From Clostridia bacterium (lineage in GTDB: Bacteria; Bacillota; Clostridia; Oscillospirales; QAMX01): a stretch of DNA of 42,859 bases. Shown here one piece after another: positions 9,971 through 20,388 of this stretch. Each line of letters starts with the position of its first letter. Within the stretch, counting starts at the first letter, position 1. The stretch covers positions 1-42,859 of the forward strand of contig JAKSPX010000001.1 of NCBI GenBank assembly GCA_024404415.1, written 5' to 3'. Under the pieces are notes generated by a model that had not been told where the DNA came from, did not search any database, and was given only the letters and a program-made list of their open reading frames with translations. The position numbers and the translations under genes are program-made.

Positions 9971-10597
9971 TTACTTCGAATAGAGCTCGACGATGAGGTG
10001 TTCTTCGACCGGAAGGTCAATATCCTCACGAGCGGGCAGTGCGACGACCTTGCCTTCGCAGGTGTCGCGGTTCATATCCAACCACTTCGGAATGGGGCGA
10101 GTGGCGTTCGCTTCGTTGATATACTTGAACTTCTCGCTGGAACGGCTCTTCTCGACGAGAGCAATCACATCACCCTGCTTGACAAGGTAAGAGGGAATGT
10201 TGACTTTCTTGCCGTTGACCGTGAAGTGAGCGTGACGAACGAGCTGTCTGGCTTCCGGACGGGACATAGCGAGTCCGAGACGGTAGACGACGTTGTCAAG
10301 GCGAGTCTCCAGGATGCGGAGGAGGTTTTCGCCGGTGACGCCCTTCTGCTGTTCCGCCATATCGAAATACTTGGCGAACTGGCTCTCCAGGACACCGTAG
10401 TAACGACGGGTCTTCATCTTCTCACGAAGCTGGATGCCATATTCTTTCGCTTTGGTTCTGCCCTGACCATGCTGGCCGGGGGCATACTCTCTGCGGCTGA
10501 GTGCGCACTTATCCGTGTAGCAGCGATCACCCTTGAGGAACAGCTTCTGGCCCTCGCGGCGGCACATTCTGCAAACGGCTTCGGTATATCTTGCCAT
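9971..10597 (-). CDS. rpsD: 30S ribosomal protein S4
   Basis: [26 protein letters not shown]...; start at ATG 10597 (GGAGGT RBS), not track start 10621. Confidence 0.95.
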   Translation of the reverse strand: MARYTEAVCRMCRREGQKLFLKGDRCYTDKCALSRREYAPGQHGQGRTKAKEYGIQLREKMKTRRYYGVLESQFAKYFDMAEQQKGVTGENLLRILETRLDNVVYRLGLAMSRPEARQLVRHAHFTVNGKKVNIPSYLVKQGDVIALVEKSRSSEKFKYINEANATRPIPKWLDMNRDTCEGKVVALPAREDIDLPVEEHLIVELYSK

Positions 10598-10621
10598 TTT
10601 TACTTTACCTCCAAAATTCAA

Positions 10622-11032
10622 TCAGACGCGGCGGCGCTTCGGCGGACGGCAGCCGTTGTGCGGGATCGGGGTAACGTCCTTGATCATGGTGACTTCCAGA
10701 CCGGCAGCCTGGAGGGCACGGATCGCAGCTTCTCTTCCCTGGCCCGGGCCGGTCACATAGACTTCAACAGTCTTGAGGCCGTGTTCCATGGCAGCTTTCG
10801 CAGCGGTTTCGGCAGCAGTCTGAGCGGCGAACGGCGTGCTCTTCTTGGAGCCGCGGAAGCCGAGCTCACCAGCAGACGCCCAGGAAAGAGCGTTGCCCTG
10901 CGTATCGGTGAGAGTAACGATGGTATTGTTGAAGGACGACTTGATGTGTGCCGCGCCCTTTTCAATGTTCTTGCGCTCGCGGCGCTTCTTGGAGACGACA
11001 GCACCTTTCTTGGGCGCATTCTTGCCAGCCAT
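10622..11032 (-). CDS. rpsK: 30S ribosomal protein S11
   Basis: [18 protein letters not shown]...[14 protein letters not shown]...[13 protein letters not shown]. Confidence 0.95.
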   Translation of the reverse strand: MAGKNAPKKGAVVSKKRRERKNIEKGAAHIKSSFNNTIVTLTDTQGNALSWASAGELGFRGSKKSTPFAAQTAAETAAKAAMEHGLKTVEVYVTGPGQGREAAIRALQAAGLEVTMIKDVTPIPHNGCRPPKRRRV

Positions 11033-11047
11033 TACTTAGTCCTCCCT

Positions 11048-11416
11048 TTACTGTTTCTTGTTGGCGATGGTCTTCTTCGGGCCCTTGCGCGTACGAGCAT
11101 TCGTCTTCGTGCGCTGACCGCGGACCGGAAGGCCTCTTCTGTGTCTCGTTCCTCTGTAGGAACCGATTTCGATCAGTCTCTTGATGTCAAGAGCAACGTT
11201 GCGGCGAAGGTCGCCGTCAACGGTGTAGTCGTGATCGATGGTTTCACGGAGACGAGCGATTTCATCATCGGTGAGATCCTTGACTCTGGTGTCAGGATTT
11301 ACGTTGGCGGTTTTCAGAATGTCATTGGAGAGCTTTCTGCCAATGCCATAGATATAAGTCAACCCGATTTCGACGCGCTTTTCACGCGGCAGGTCAACAC
11401 CGGCTATACGAGCCAT
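11048..11416 (-). CDS. rpsM: 30S ribosomal protein S13
   Basis: [26 protein letters not shown]...[14 protein letters not shown]. Confidence 0.95.
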   Translation of the reverse strand: MARIAGVDLPREKRVEIGLTYIYGIGRKLSNDILKTANVNPDTRVKDLTDDEIARLRETIDHDYTVDGDLRRNVALDIKRLIEIGSYRGTRHRRGLPVRGQRTKTNARTRKGPKKTIANKKQ

Positions 11417-11439
11417 ACTTTTATACCTCCACTAAATAA

Positions 11440-11565
11440 TCAGCCTTGCTTCTGCTTATGTCTCGGGCCGTTCTTCGGGTCCGAGCAGATAACCATAACG
11501 ACGCCCTTGCGGCGGATAACCTTGCATTTGTCGCAGATCGGTTTGACCGACGGTCTTACCTTCAT
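11440..11565 (-). CDS. rpmJ: 50S ribosomal protein L36 (41 aa)
   Basis: Hand translation [52 protein letters not shown]; located between infA and rpsM. Below the ORF-track cutoff. Confidence 0.9.
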   Translation of the reverse strand: MKVRPSVKPICDKCKVIRRKGVVMVICSDPKNGPRHKQKQG

Positions 11566-11589
11566 TGGATTGCACCTTCCTTTTCTCTT

Positions 11590-11808
11590 TTACTTGGAAC
11601 GCCATGTGATTCTGCCCTTCGTGAGATCGTAAGGCGACATTTCAAGCGTCACCTTATCACCCGGGAGAATCTTGATGAAATTCATTCTGAGCTTGCCGGA
11701 AATGTGCGCGTGAATTCTGTGCTTATTCTGGAGCTCAACTAAGAACATCGCGTTTGGCAGCGCTTCTATGACGATACCTTCGAGTTCAATAACATCATCT
11801 TTTGCCAA
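11590..11808 (-). CDS. infA: Translation initiation factor IF-1
   Basis: [25 protein letters not shown]...[18 protein letters not shown]. Confidence 0.95.
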   Translation of the reverse strand: MAKDDVIELEGIVIEALPNAMFLVELQNKHRIHAHISGKLRMNFIKILPGDKVTLEMSPYDLTKGRITWRSK

Positions 11809-11839
11809 GGCGGCATACCTCCTTTAACATTGAATCTGT

Positions 11840-12598
11840 TTAGACATCTTCTTCAGAAGACGTCAGCAGCACCGGATCACCATCCGTGATCAGTACTGTG
11901 TGCTCATAATGAGCCGATAGTTTATGGTCGATCGTGAGAACCGTCCAACCGTCCGACAGAACGCGGACGCCATATGTTCCTGCGTTGACCATCGGCTCAA
12001 TTGCGATCGTCATTCCGGCACGAAGCCGCGGGCCGTGCCCGGGCTCTCCGAAATTCGGCACTTCCGGATCCTCGTGAAGTTCTGCGCCCACACCGTGGCC
12101 GACGAACTTACGCACGACGGAGTAACCGTTTGCCTCGCAATACGTCTGTATCGCGTGGGAGATATCTGTCAGCTTGTGCCCTTCTCGCGCAAATTTTATA
12201 CCTTCATAGAAACTCTGTCGCGTGACGGCGACCAGTCGCTCGGCCTCTTCACTTGCTTTGCCGCAGATGAAGGTCCGTGCGGTGTCTCCATGATACCCCT
12301 TGTAGATCGCACCGACGTCGACCTTGACCAGATCTCCGTCCTTGATGACCTTGCTTCCGGGAATCCCGTGGATCACCTCGTCGTTAACGGAAACGCACGC
12401 AGCCGCCGGAAATCCGCCGTATCCCAGGAAAGAGGGTTTCATGTGATGCTCCGCGATGACTTTTCTCACCGTCATGTCAACATCGCGCGTTGTGACGCCG
12501 GGCTTGATCATTTCGCCGGCGGCGTCGAGTGCAAGTCCACAAACCTTACCGGCCGCGCGCATGCACTCGATTTCATACGGAGATTTGATCGTGATCAT
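11840..12598 (-). CDS. map: Type I methionine aminopeptidase
   Basis: IKSPYEIECMRAAGKV, DVGAIYKGYHGDTARTF, GHGVG..HE and IEPM metal-ligand motifs. Confidence 0.93.
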   Translation of the reverse strand: MITIKSPYEIECMRAAGKVCGLALDAAGEMIKPGVTTRDVDMTVRKVIAEHHMKPSFLGYGGFPAAACVSVNDEVIHGIPGSKVIKDGDLVKVDVGAIYKGYHGDTARTFICGKASEEAERLVAVTRQSFYEGIKFAREGHKLTDISHAIQTYCEANGYSVVRKFVGHGVGAELHEDPEVPNFGEPGHGPRLRAGMTIAIEPMVNAGTYGVRVLSDGWTVLTIDHKLSAHYEHTVLITDGDPVLLTSSEEDV

Positions 12599-13233
12599 TC
12601 CGTAATTCCCAACGCCGCAAAGATTCTTTCGGTGATCTCCGAAATGGTGCCCATTCCGTCGACCTTGGAAAGGATCCCTTCCTTCTCGTAATATGCCTTG
12701 ACAGGCTCAGTCTGCTCATGGAAGACCACGAGGCGAGCTCGAACGGTTTCTTCCTTATCGTCGTCACGCTGGAAGAGCGGGGCGCCGCATTTGTCGCAGA
12801 TGCCCTCTTTCTGGGGCTTATTGAAAAGGGTGTGATACGATGCTCCGCAGTTTTTGCAGCTGCGTCTGCCGGACATTCTGCCGATGATGGCTTCATCTTC
12901 GGTTTCGATGGAGACGACCTTATCGATCGCAGCGCCCATGTCCTTCAGCGCTTCGGCCTGCGCGACCGTGCGGGGATATCCGTCGAGGATATAGCCGTTT
13001 TCACAGTCATCCTTGGAAAGTCTCGCCTTGAGCATGTCGATGATCAGGTCATCGGGAACAAGGTTGCCGCTCTCCATGTATCCGCGGGCTTTTTCTCCGA
13101 GCTCAGTGCCGTTCTTCAGATGCTCACGCAGGATGTTGCCCGTGGAGATCGAAGGAATGCCGAGCTTTTCAATGATCTTCTCCGCCTGCGTGCCTTTGCC
13201 CGCACCCGGAGCGCCAAGTAAAATAATCTTCAT
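12595..13233 (-). CDS. adk: Adenylate kinase (zinc-lid type)
   Basis: MKIILLGAPGAGKGTQAE P-loop; lid CKNCG...CDKCG. Start at ATG 13233, since the track N-terminal extension overlaps the secY end. ATGA-type overlap with map. Confidence 0.93.
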   Translation of the reverse strand: MKIILLGAPGAGKGTQAEKIIEKLGIPSISTGNILREHLKNGTELGEKARGYMESGNLVPDDLIIDMLKARLSKDDCENGYILDGYPRTVAQAEALKDMGAAIDKVVSIETEDEAIIGRMSGRRSCKNCGASYHTLFNKPQKEGICDKCGAPLFQRDDDKEETVRARLVVFHEQTEPVKAYYEKEGILSKVDGMGTISEITERIFAALGITE

Positions 13234-13249
13234 ACTTTCGCCTTTTTCC

Positions 13250-14587
13250 TTAATCAAGGAAGCCCTTATGATAACGCATAACGATCTGCGCTTCCATAGC
13301 CTTGACGGTGTCAAGCGCAACGCCGACAACGATCAGCACGGTCGTGCCGCCGAGAGCGATACCGCTGAGCGACTTTGAGAAGACACTGACGATGATCGGG
13401 AGGACGGCAATGAAGCCGAGGAAGCCCGCACCGATGATGGTGACCTTCTTGAGGACCTTGGAAATGTAATCGGCAGTCGGCTTACCGGGACGATAACCCG
13501 GGATGGAACCGCCCTGGCTCTTCAGGTTATTCGCAACTTCAATCGGATTGAACTGCGTATAAGCGTAGAAGAACGAGAAGCCGATGATCATAAGGAAGTA
13601 AAGAACGACGTAAACAGGAGACGGGGAGGAGAGCCAGGAGATGACCGCATCCCAGAAACCATTGTATTCGTTGCCGAAACCGGAAGCGGTTTTGCCGCAG
13701 AACGAATAAATGATGGAGGGCAGCGAGACGATGCTCGATGCGAAGATGACCGGCATGACACCCGTCATGTTGACCTTCAGCGGAATGAAGGAAGTCTGTC
13801 CGCCGTAGACTTTTCTGCCGACAACTCTCTTCGCGTACTGGGTCGGGAGTCTTCTTTCAGCGTCGGTAACAAAGACGATGAAGATGATGACCGCCAGGAA
13901 GGCGAGGAGGACAGCGGCGAGAACGAAGATATTCAGAGTACCGGCAGCGACGTTGGCATAAAGCGAAACGCAGATGCTCGGGATTCTGGAAATGATACCG
14001 ACAAAGAGGATGATCGAAATACCATTGCCAATGCCGTAGGAGTTGATCTGTTCACCCAGCCACATGATGATGGCGGAGCCTGCGGCGAAGGAGGCGATGA
14101 TAACGAACGCTTTCCAGACATTCGGATTTTCAAGAACGTCGACGTAGCTGCCGTCGGTGAGCTGGATGCTCTGGTTCTTGATGGCGGTGTAGTAAGCAAA
14201 GCCCTGGATGAGGCCGATAGCGACCGTGACGTAACGGGTGAGGGCAGCCTGTTTCTTTCTGCCTTCATCGCCGCCCTCCTTGACCATCTTCTCAAGAGCC
14301 GGGATGGCAATGGTGAGAAGCTGGACAATAATGGAGGCGTTGATGTACGGGGTGATCGACATCGCAAAGAGCGTCATGCTCTGGAATGCGCCGCCGGACA
14401 GAAGGCTCAGATAACCGAAGAACTGATTGTTCGTCGAGTTGAAGATGAGACCGACTGCTTCAGGATTGACGTAGGGGACCGTGATGGTGCCCATGCCGAT
14501 TCTGACGATCAGAATGATGAGAAGCGTGAAGAGGATTTTTTTGCGAAGTTCTTTAATGCTCCAAGCGTTTTTAATCGTCTCAAACAT
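13250..14587 (-). CDS. secY: Preprotein translocase subunit SecY
   Basis: 445-aa polytopic membrane protein with a SecY-type N-terminus (KELRKKILFTLLIILIVRIG) in the conserved position between rplO and adk. Confidence 0.95.
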   Translation of the reverse strand: MFETIKNAWSIKELRKKILFTLLIILIVRIGMGTITVPYVNPEAVGLIFNSTNNQFFGYLSLLSGGAFQSMTLFAMSITPYINASIIVQLLTIAIPALEKMVKEGGDEGRKKQAALTRYVTVAIGLIQGFAYYTAIKNQSIQLTDGSYVDVLENPNVWKAFVIIASFAAGSAIIMWLGEQINSYGIGNGISIILFVGIISRIPSICVSLYANVAAGTLNIFVLAAVLLAFLAVIIFIVFVTDAERRLPTQYAKRVVGRKVYGGQTSFIPLKVNMTGVMPVIFASSIVSLPSIIYSFCGKTASGFGNEYNGFWDAVISWLSSPSPVYVVLYFLMIIGFSFFYAYTQFNPIEVANNLKSQGGSIPGYRPGKPTADYISKVLKKVTIIGAGFLGFIAVLPIIVSVFSKSLSGIALGGTTVLIVVGVALDTVKAMEAQIVMRYHKGFLD

Positions 14588-15030
14588 TAAATCACCTCAA
14601 CTTTGCCTCCGGCTGCTTCGATCTTCGCTTTCGCGGATTCAGAGCAGGCACTAACCTTGACCGTAAGGGGAACATTGATCTCCCCGTTGCCAAGGAGTTT
14701 GATTCCATCAAAGGTCTTTTTGACAAGTCCGATGCTCTGGAGAGCGGCCGTATCGACTACGGCGTCTTTTTCAAAGCTTGCGAGATCAGAGATGTTGATC
14801 GTCGCATAAACAGTGGCAAAATTGGCGTTGTTGAAGCCGCGCTTCGGAAGTCTTCTCTGAAGGGGCATCTGGCCGCCTTCGAAGCCCGGGCGGATACCAA
14901 CGCTGGAACGCTGACCCTGGCCCTTGTGACCACGGCCACCGGTCTTACCGTTGCCGCTGCCGGGACCGCGACCCTTGCGCTTGCCGACAGTCTTGTCTTC
15001 GGCAGGAGTAAGATTACCTAAATTCAACAT
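14587..15030 (-). CDS. rplO: 50S ribosomal protein L15
   Basis: KRKGRGPGSGNGKTGGRGHKGQ...; 1-nt stop/start overlap with secY. Confidence 0.95.
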   Translation of the reverse strand: MLNLGNLTPAEDKTVGKRKGRGPGSGNGKTGGRGHKGQGQRSSVGIRPGFEGGQMPLQRRLPKRGFNNANFATVYATINISDLASFEKDAVVDTAALQSIGLVKKTFDGIKLLGNGEINVPLTVKVSACSESAKAKIEAAGGKVEVI

Positions 15031-15042
15031 TTCAGTGCCTCC

Positions 15043-15225
15043 TTATTCAACGACTTCGGTCTTGACCAGGTAGGCGATCTGAGCGATCTTGCCTTTGGTC
15101 ATGGCGTTGTCGGGCTGGACCGTCGCGTCGTTGATCTTCTTGAGGCCCAGTGAATGCGCTGTGGCAATGTGCTTATCGTTTCTGCCGTTAAGGCTCTTGA
15201 CAAGAGTAACTTTAATCATTTTCAT
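15043..15225 (-). CDS. rpmD: 50S ribosomal protein L30
   Basis: IKVTLVKSLNGRNDKHIATAHSLGLKK; 60 aa, between rpsE and rplO. Confidence 0.93.
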   Translation of the reverse strand: MKMIKVTLVKSLNGRNDKHIATAHSLGLKKINDATVQPDNAMTKGKIAQIAYLVKTEVVE

Positions 15226-15233
15226 TCCCTCCG

Positions 15234-15740
15234 TCAGCCCTGAATCTCGGCAACCGTCTTGCCTCTCTTGCGGGCGACTTCTTCAGCACCCGTGAGCTGC
15301 ATGAGACCCTGGATGGTGGCCGTCACGACGTTCTGCGGATTGTTGGAACGAAGAGACTTGGTTCTGATGTTACGGATACCGGCCATTTCCATGACGGCAC
15401 GAACCGGGCCGCCGGCGATGACGCCGGTGCCTTCCGGGGCGGGCTTGAGAAGAACTCTGCCGGCTCCGAATTCGCCGATCACTTCGTGGGGGATGGTATT
15501 ACCGAGAAGGGTTACTTTGACAAGATTTTTCTTTGCATCTTCGATGGCCTTGCGGATGGCATCGGGAGCTTCGCTCGCCTTGCCGTTGCCGTAACCGAGG
15601 ATGCCGTTGCCGTTGCCGACGACCACGAGAGCCGAGTACTTATAAAGGCGACCGCCCTTAACAGTCTTGGAAACGCGGTTGGTAACGACGACTTTTTCCT
15701 GGAGCTCGCCGAGTTCGGCGGCGTCTATTCTCTGAGACAT
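15234..15740 (-). CDS. rpsE: 30S ribosomal protein S5
   Basis: [37 protein letters not shown]. Confidence 0.95.
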   Translation of the reverse strand: MSQRIDAAELGELQEKVVVTNRVSKTVKGGRLYKYSALVVVGNGNGILGYGNGKASEAPDAIRKAIEDAKKNLVKVTLLGNTIPHEVIGEFGAGRVLLKPAPEGTGVIAGGPVRAVMEMAGIRNIRTKSLRSNNPQNVVTATIQGLMQLTGAEEVARKRGKTVAEIQG

Positions 15741-15755
15741 TTTCGTTCCTCCCCG

Positions 15756-16115
15756 TTAAAACTTGAGTCCGCCTTCACGGGCGCCCTCAGCAAGTGCCTG
15801 AACACGGCCGTGATACACATAGCCGCCACGGTCAAACACGACGTTTTCGATGCCGCAGGCTTTCGCTCTTTCGGCAATCATCGCACCGACCTTCTTAGCA
15901 GCGTCCTTGTTGCCGCCGTATTCGGTGAAATCCTTTTCAACGGTGGAGGCAGCGGCGAGGGTCTTGCCCGCGACGTCGTCGATCACCTGAGCATAGATGT
16001 GCTTTTCGCTACGGAACACACAGAGTCTCGGGCTTTCGGGGGTGCCCGAAATAACGGCACGGACTCTCTTATGACGCGTGATGCGCGCCGTGTTGGAATC
16101 TTTCTTGCTTACCAT
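15756..16115 (-). CDS. rplR: 50S ribosomal protein L18
   Basis: [34 protein letters not shown]...[25 protein letters not shown]. Confidence 0.95.
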   Translation of the reverse strand: MVSKKDSNTARITRHKRVRAVISGTPESPRLCVFRSEKHIYAQVIDDVAGKTLAAASTVEKDFTEYGGNKDAAKKVGAMIAERAKACGIENVVFDRGGYVYHGRVQALAEGAREGGLKF

Positions 16116-16131
16116 TATTTATGCACACTCC

Positions 16132-16677
16132 TTACTTCTTACCGGATTTACCCTCTTTGAGGACAATAACCTCACCGAGGTATCTGATGCCCTTGCCCTT
16201 GTAAGGTTCCGGAGGTCTCTTGGAGCGGACGTCCGCTGCAAACTGACCGACCTTATCCTTTTCAGCACCCTTGATGGTGATGTTGTTCGGGTTCGGAACT
16301 TCAATGGTGATGCCGGGGATCTCTTCCATGACGACGTCATGAGAGTATCCGAGGTTCATAACCAGCTTCTTGCCTTCCTTTGCAGCACGGTAACCGACGC
16401 CTTCGATGACGAGCTTCTTTTCAAAGCCGTCCGTAACGCCCTTAACCATGTTGGCGATGAGGGTTCTGGCAAGACCGTGGAGCGCCTTGATCTTGGGATC
16501 GTCGCTCGAACGGGTAACCTTGATCATGTTCTCTTCCTTGGAAACGGAGAGAGTCTTGTCATAAACGTAGGAAAGTTCAGTGCTATTCTTCTTCACGATC
16601 ACTTTTCTGGCGTTTTCGTCAACGGAAACGTCGACGCCCGCCGGAATGGTGATGGGGAGTCTACCGATTCTCGACAT
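16132..16677 (-). CDS. rplF: 50S ribosomal protein L6
   Basis: MSRIGRLPITIPAGVDV...GVGYRA...PEPYKGKGIRY. Confidence 0.95.
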   Translation of the reverse strand: MSRIGRLPITIPAGVDVSVDENARKVIVKKNSTELSYVYDKTLSVSKEENMIKVTRSSDDPKIKALHGLARTLIANMVKGVTDGFEKKLVIEGVGYRAAKEGKKLVMNLGYSHDVVMEEIPGITIEVPNPNNITIKGAEKDKVGQFAADVRSKRPPEPYKGKGIRYLGEVIVLKEGKSGKK

Positions 16678-16688
16678 GATTAGCCTCC

Positions 16689-17087
16689 TTACCAGACGAA
16701 CGCAAGGACTTCGCCGCCGACATGCTCAGCTCTCGCCTTGCTGTCAGTCATGACGCCCTTGGAGGTGGAAATGATGGCCGTGCCGAGACCGCGAAGACCC
16801 TTCGGCATATCTTCCACACCGGCGTAGACACGCAGGCCGGGCTTGGGACCTCTGCGGAGACCCGAGATGATCGGTTCTCTGTTCTGGCCGTACTTGAGGG
16901 AGATACGGATGATGCCCTGGCCGCCGTCATCGATGAGGGTGTACATCTTAATGTAACCTTCCTCCATGAGGATCTCGGCGATCGCTTTCTTGGTACCGGA
17001 AGCGGGAACATCGACCGTGTCGTGCTTTTGGGAATTCGCGTTGCGGATTCTGGTCAGCATATCCGCGATAGGATCTGTGATCTGCAT
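16689..17087 (-). CDS. rpsH: 30S ribosomal protein S8
   Basis: [13 protein letters not shown]...GGEVLAFVW. Confidence 0.95.
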   Translation of the reverse strand: MQITDPIADMLTRIRNANSQKHDTVDVPASGTKKAIAEILMEEGYIKMYTLIDDGGQGIIRISLKYGQNREPIISGLRRGPKPGLRVYAGVEDMPKGLRGLGTAIISTSKGVMTDSKARAEHVGGEVLAFVW

Positions 17088-17151
17088 TTCTATATTTTCT
17101 CCTTTCAGAAGTTAGAGGCAGACGCCTCCACTTTTCCCTAAGGCCGGGAAT

Positions 17152-17337
17152 TTACCAGCTTGCTTTCTTAACGCCCGGGATCTGACCCTTATAGGCGAGT
17201 TCACGGAAGCAAATACGGCAGATACCGTAGTTACGGAGATAAGCATGCGGTCTTCCGCAGATTTTGCAGCGATTGTAGCCGCGGGTGGAGAACTTCGGCT
17301 CTTCCTGCTGTCTTAAAATCATAGACTTCTTTGCCAT
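17152..17337 (-). CDS. rpsN: 30S ribosomal protein S14 type Z (zinc form, 61 aa)
   Basis: [38 protein letters not shown] with a CxxC...CxxC pattern. Confidence 0.95.
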   Translation of the reverse strand: MAKKSMILRQQEEPKFSTRGYNRCKICGRPHAYLRNYGICRICFRELAYKGQIPGVKKASW

Positions 17338-17351
17338 TGCTATTTCTCCTC

Positions 17352-17894
17352 TCAGTCGTTAGCGAACGGAGCGCCCATCAGGGTGAGCAGCTCGCGCGCT
17401 TCTTCGTCAGTATTGGCGGTGGTGCAGATGACGATGTTCATGCCTCTGATCTTATCAACCTTATCGAACTCGATTTCCGGGAAGATCAGCTGCTCGCGAA
17501 GGCCGAGGGCGTAGTTGCCTCTGCCGTCGAAGGCGTTCGGGCTGATGCCGCGGAAGTCGCGGACTCTCGGGAGAGCGATGTTGAAGAGCTTGTCGAGGAA
17601 CTCGTACATTCTGTCGGAACGGAGGGTGACCTTCGCGCCGATGTTCATGCCCTGACGGATCTTAAAGTTTGCAACAGACTTTCTCGCCTTGGTGATGATG
17701 GCCTTCTGGCCGGTGATCTGAGCGAGGTCGGAGCAAACAGCTTCAAGAGCCTTCGCATTTTCCTTAGCTTCGCCGCAGCCGACGTTGACAACGATCTTGT
17801 CAAGCTTCGGGATCTGCATGGTGCTCTTGTAGTTGAACTTCTTCATAAGAGCGGAAGCGACTTCTTCATTATAACGATCTTTCAATCTTGCCAT
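17352..17894 (-). CDS. rplE: 50S ribosomal protein L5
   Basis: [12 protein letters not shown]...[15 protein letters not shown]. Confidence 0.95.
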   Translation of the reverse strand: MARLKDRYNEEVASALMKKFNYKSTMQIPKLDKIVVNVGCGEAKENAKALEAVCSDLAQITGQKAIITKARKSVANFKIRQGMNIGAKVTLRSDRMYEFLDKLFNIALPRVRDFRGISPNAFDGRGNYALGLREQLIFPEIEFDKVDKIRGMNIVICTTANTDEEARELLTLMGAPFAND

Positions 17895-17909
17895 GTCTTA
17901 CTTCCTCCC

Positions 17910-18224
17910 TTAAATTTCTGCGCCGCACTTCTTGCAGACGCGGACTTTGACGCCGTTTTCGGTGACCTTGTGAGCAAGTCTGGTGGGCTTGTTGCACTTC
18001 GGGCAAACACGCATGACCTTGCAGGCATAGATCGGACGTTCCTTGTCGATGATGCCGCTGACGTCGGTCTGACGGCGGGCTTTCTGATGCTTCTTAGCGA
18101 CCGCAATCTTTTCAACGATGACTTTGCCTTCATCCGGCATAGTCTCGAGTACCTTGCCCGTGCGACCCTTATCGCGGCCGCTGAGGACGATAACGGTGTC
18201 GCCTGTACGCACATGTAAATTCAT
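17910..18224 (-). CDS. rplX: 50S ribosomal protein L24 (with C-terminal CxxC...CxxC)
   Basis: KOW region VRTGDTVIVLSGRDKGRTGKVLE; C-terminus VCPKCNKPTRLAHKVTENGVKVRVCKKCGAEI. Confidence 0.95.
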   Translation of the reverse strand: MNLHVRTGDTVIVLSGRDKGRTGKVLETMPDEGKVIVEKIAVAKKHQKARRQTDVSGIIDKERPIYACKVMRVCPKCNKPTRLAHKVTENGVKVRVCKKCGAEI

Positions 18225-18236
18225 GGTTGTGCCTCC

Positions 18237-18605
18237 TTATAATACTTCCGGGGCAAGGGAAAGGATTCTCATGTAACCCTTTTCACGAAGCTCACGGGCG
18301 ACAGGCCCGAAAATACGGGTGCCTCTCGGATCTTTGTCATCCTTGATAATGACGGCCGCGTTCTCATCGAAGCGGACATAGGAACCGTCGTTTCTGCGAA
18401 CGCCCTTCTTGGAGCGGACGATAACAGCCTTAACGACTTCGCCCTTCTTGGCCTGGCCGCCCGGGGTGGCCTTGCGGACGCTGGCGACGATGACGTCACC
18501 GACGTTGCCGTATCTGCGGACCGAGCCACCAAGGACGCGGATGCATTTGATTTCTTTGGCGCCGGTGTTGTCGGCAACCTTAAGAACAGTTTCCTGCTGT
18601 ACCAT
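18237..18605 (-). CDS. rplN: 50S ribosomal protein L14
   Basis: [27 protein letters not shown]...[24 protein letters not shown]. Confidence 0.95.
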   Translation of the reverse strand: MVQQETVLKVADNTGAKEIKCIRVLGGSVRRYGNVGDVIVASVRKATPGGQAKKGEVVKAVIVRSKKGVRRNDGSYVRFDENAAVIIKDDKDPRGTRIFGPVARELREKGYMRILSLAPEVL

Positions 18606-18617
18606 GGGTGACCCTCC

Positions 18618-18881
18618 TTACTTCGCCTTCGTCACGATCTCAACGACGCGCCATCTCTTGTCCTTGGACAGAGGACGAGTCTCCATGACCCTGACGGTAT
18701 CGCCGATCTTGCACTCGTTATTTTCGTCGTGCGCCTTCAGCTTGTAGGTGTTGCGAACGATCTTCTTATAAAGCGGATGGGTGACGTGGCCTTCGACAGC
18801 AACGACGACCGTCTTATCCATCTTATCGGAAATGACCTTACCGACTCTTGTTTTGCGGAAGGCTCTCATTTCTTCACTCAT
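18618..18881 (-). CDS. rpsQ: 30S ribosomal protein S17
   Basis: [29 protein letters not shown]...[14 protein letters not shown]...ETRPLSK.KRW. Confidence 0.95.
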   Translation of the reverse strand: MSEEMRAFRKTRVGKVISDKMDKTVVVAVEGHVTHPLYKKIVRNTYKLKAHDENNECKIGDTVRVMETRPLSKDKRWRVVEIVTKAK

Positions 18882-18902
18882 TGATTATATCCTCCCTTTT
18901 CC

Positions 18903-19103
18903 TCAGGCGTCGGCCTTGATTTCCATCTCGCGGAGAGTCGTCTTGACTCTGGCGATGTCTTTCTTAACTTCGACGATCTTCATCGGATTTTCAAGCTGAT
19001 TGATCGCGTGCTGGAAACGAAGATTGAAGAGCTCGCTCTTCAGATCATCGAGCTTCTTATTCAGTTCCTCAACGCTCAACGCTCTCAGTTCGCTTGCCTT
19101 CAT
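18903..19103 (-). CDS. rpmC: 50S ribosomal protein L29
   Basis: [14 protein letters not shown]...[11 protein letters not shown]; ATGA overlap with the rplP stop. Confidence 0.93.
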   Translation of the reverse strand: MKASELRALSVEELNKKLDDLKSELFNLRFQHAINQLENPMKIVEVKKDIARVKTTLREMEIKADA

Positions 19104-19540
19104 TCTTCTTCACCGCCTTCCGCGACTTCTTCAGTAGCTTTTCTGACGAACTTGGTCTTCATCGGGAGCTTATGACCCGCAAGGCGGATCGCTTCCTTGG
19201 CGTCGGCTTCGGAGACGCCGCCGATTTCGAAGAGCACTCTGCCCGGCTTAATGACCGCGACCCAGTACTCGGGGGAGCCTTTACCGGAACCCATACGGGT
19301 TTCAGCCGGCTTCTCAGTGACAGGCTTGTCGGGGAAGATCTTGATCCAGACCTGGCCGCCGCGACGGATGTAACGGGTCATGGCGATACGGGCTGCTTCG
19401 ATCTGATTGGAGGTGACCCAAGCCGGCTCAGTGGCCATAATGCCGTAATCGCCGTAGGTAACCTGGTTGCCGCGCAGGGCTTTGCCCTTCATACGTCCGC
19501 GGTGGACTCTTCTGTATTTGACTCTCTTAGGTAACAGCAT
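19100..19540 (-). CDS. rplP: 50S ribosomal protein L16
   Basis: [30 protein letters not shown]; start shares 1 nt with the rpsC stop (TAATG). Confidence 0.95.
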   Translation of the reverse strand: MLLPKRVKYRRVHRGRMKGKALRGNQVTYGDYGIMATEPAWVTSNQIEAARIAMTRYIRRGGQVWIKIFPDKPVTEKPAETRMGSGKGSPEYWVAVIKPGRVLFEIGGVSEADAKEAIRLAGHKLPMKTKFVRKATEEVAEGGEEE

Positions 19541-20376
19541 TACACAGAGCCTCCTTCTCTTCTGGGCGCCTGATTGCCGCCGTAGGGACGGTTATCATTT
19601 CTGAAGCCACCCTGTCTGCGGTCGCCCTGACGGTTGTCATTTCTGAAACCGCCCGGTCTGCGGTCGCCAGATCTGCGGCGATCGTTGCGATTCTTTCTTT
19701 CCTCAGCGTTCTTCTTTTCTTCGTTGAGGCGGTGTTCACGCGGGCTGCCGGTGAGGACTTCGCCCTTGTAGATCCAAACCTTGACGCCGATGCGGCCGTA
19801 GGTGGTGTTCGCTTCCGCGAAACCGTAGTCGATGTCGGCACGGAGGGTCTGAAGCGGAATGGTACCGTCATGGTACTGCTCTCTGCGGGCGATTTCAGCG
19901 CCGCCGAGACGACCGGAAACCATGGTCTTGATACCCTTGGCGCCGAAACGCATCGCACGGCCCATGGCCTGCTTCATCGCGCGGCGGAAGGAGATACGCT
20001 TTTCGAGCTGAGTCGCGATGTTCTCGGCGACGAGCTGAGCATTGAGGTCGGGGCTCTTCACTTCAATGATGTTGAGAGTGACAGGCTTGCCGATGAGCTT
20101 TTCAACAGCGAGGCGGATCTTTTCGATCTCCGCGCCGCCCTTGCCGATGACCTGGCCGGGACGGGCAACATGGATGACGACGTTGGTCTTGACATCCTTG
20201 CGCTCGATCTCGATCTTCGGAACGCCGGCAGAGTAGAGAAGCTTCTTGAGGTAGTTGCGGATTTTGTAATCTTCAACGATGAGGTCGCCCACAAGTTCGT
20301 CCTTGGCGTACCAGCGGGAATCCCAGTCGTGGATAACACCTACACGCAGTCCGTGCGGATTAACTTTCTGTCCCAT
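19540..20376 (-). CDS. rpsC: 30S ribosomal protein S3 with ~60-aa Arg/Gly/Asn/Asp-rich C-terminal extension
   Basis: [13 protein letters not shown]...KH domain...; the tail [54 protein letters not shown] is in frame up to the rplP start. Confidence 0.93.
   Translation of the reverse strand: MGQKVNPHGLRVGVIHDWDSRWYAKDELVGDLIVEDYKIRNYLKKLLYSAGVPKIEIERKDVKTNVVIHVARPGQVIGKGGAEIEKIRLAVEKLIGKPVTLNIIEVKSPDLNAQLVAENIATQLEKRISFRRAMKQAMGRAMRFGAKGIKTMVSGRLGGAEIARREQYHDGTIPLQTLRADIDYGFAEANTTYGRIGVKVWIYKGEVLTGSPREHRLNEEKKNAEERKNRNDRRRSGDRRPGGFRNDNRQGDRRQGGFRNDNRPYGGNQAPRREGGSV
19588..19668 (-). repeat. Two tandem 42-nt (14-codon) repeat units inside the rpsC tail
   Basis: Units 19588-19626 and 19630-19668 differ at 4 of 39 positions and encode GDRR(P/Q)GGFRNDNR twice. 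Confidence 0.8.
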
Positions 20377-20388
20377 AAAATCCTCCTG

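Noticed and set aside
9998-11632. 544-aa plus-strand ORF spanning several ribosomal genes
   Set aside because: It runs antisense across rpsD, rpsK, rpsM and rpmJ, including their intergenic gaps. This is a GC-driven open antisense frame, not a gene.
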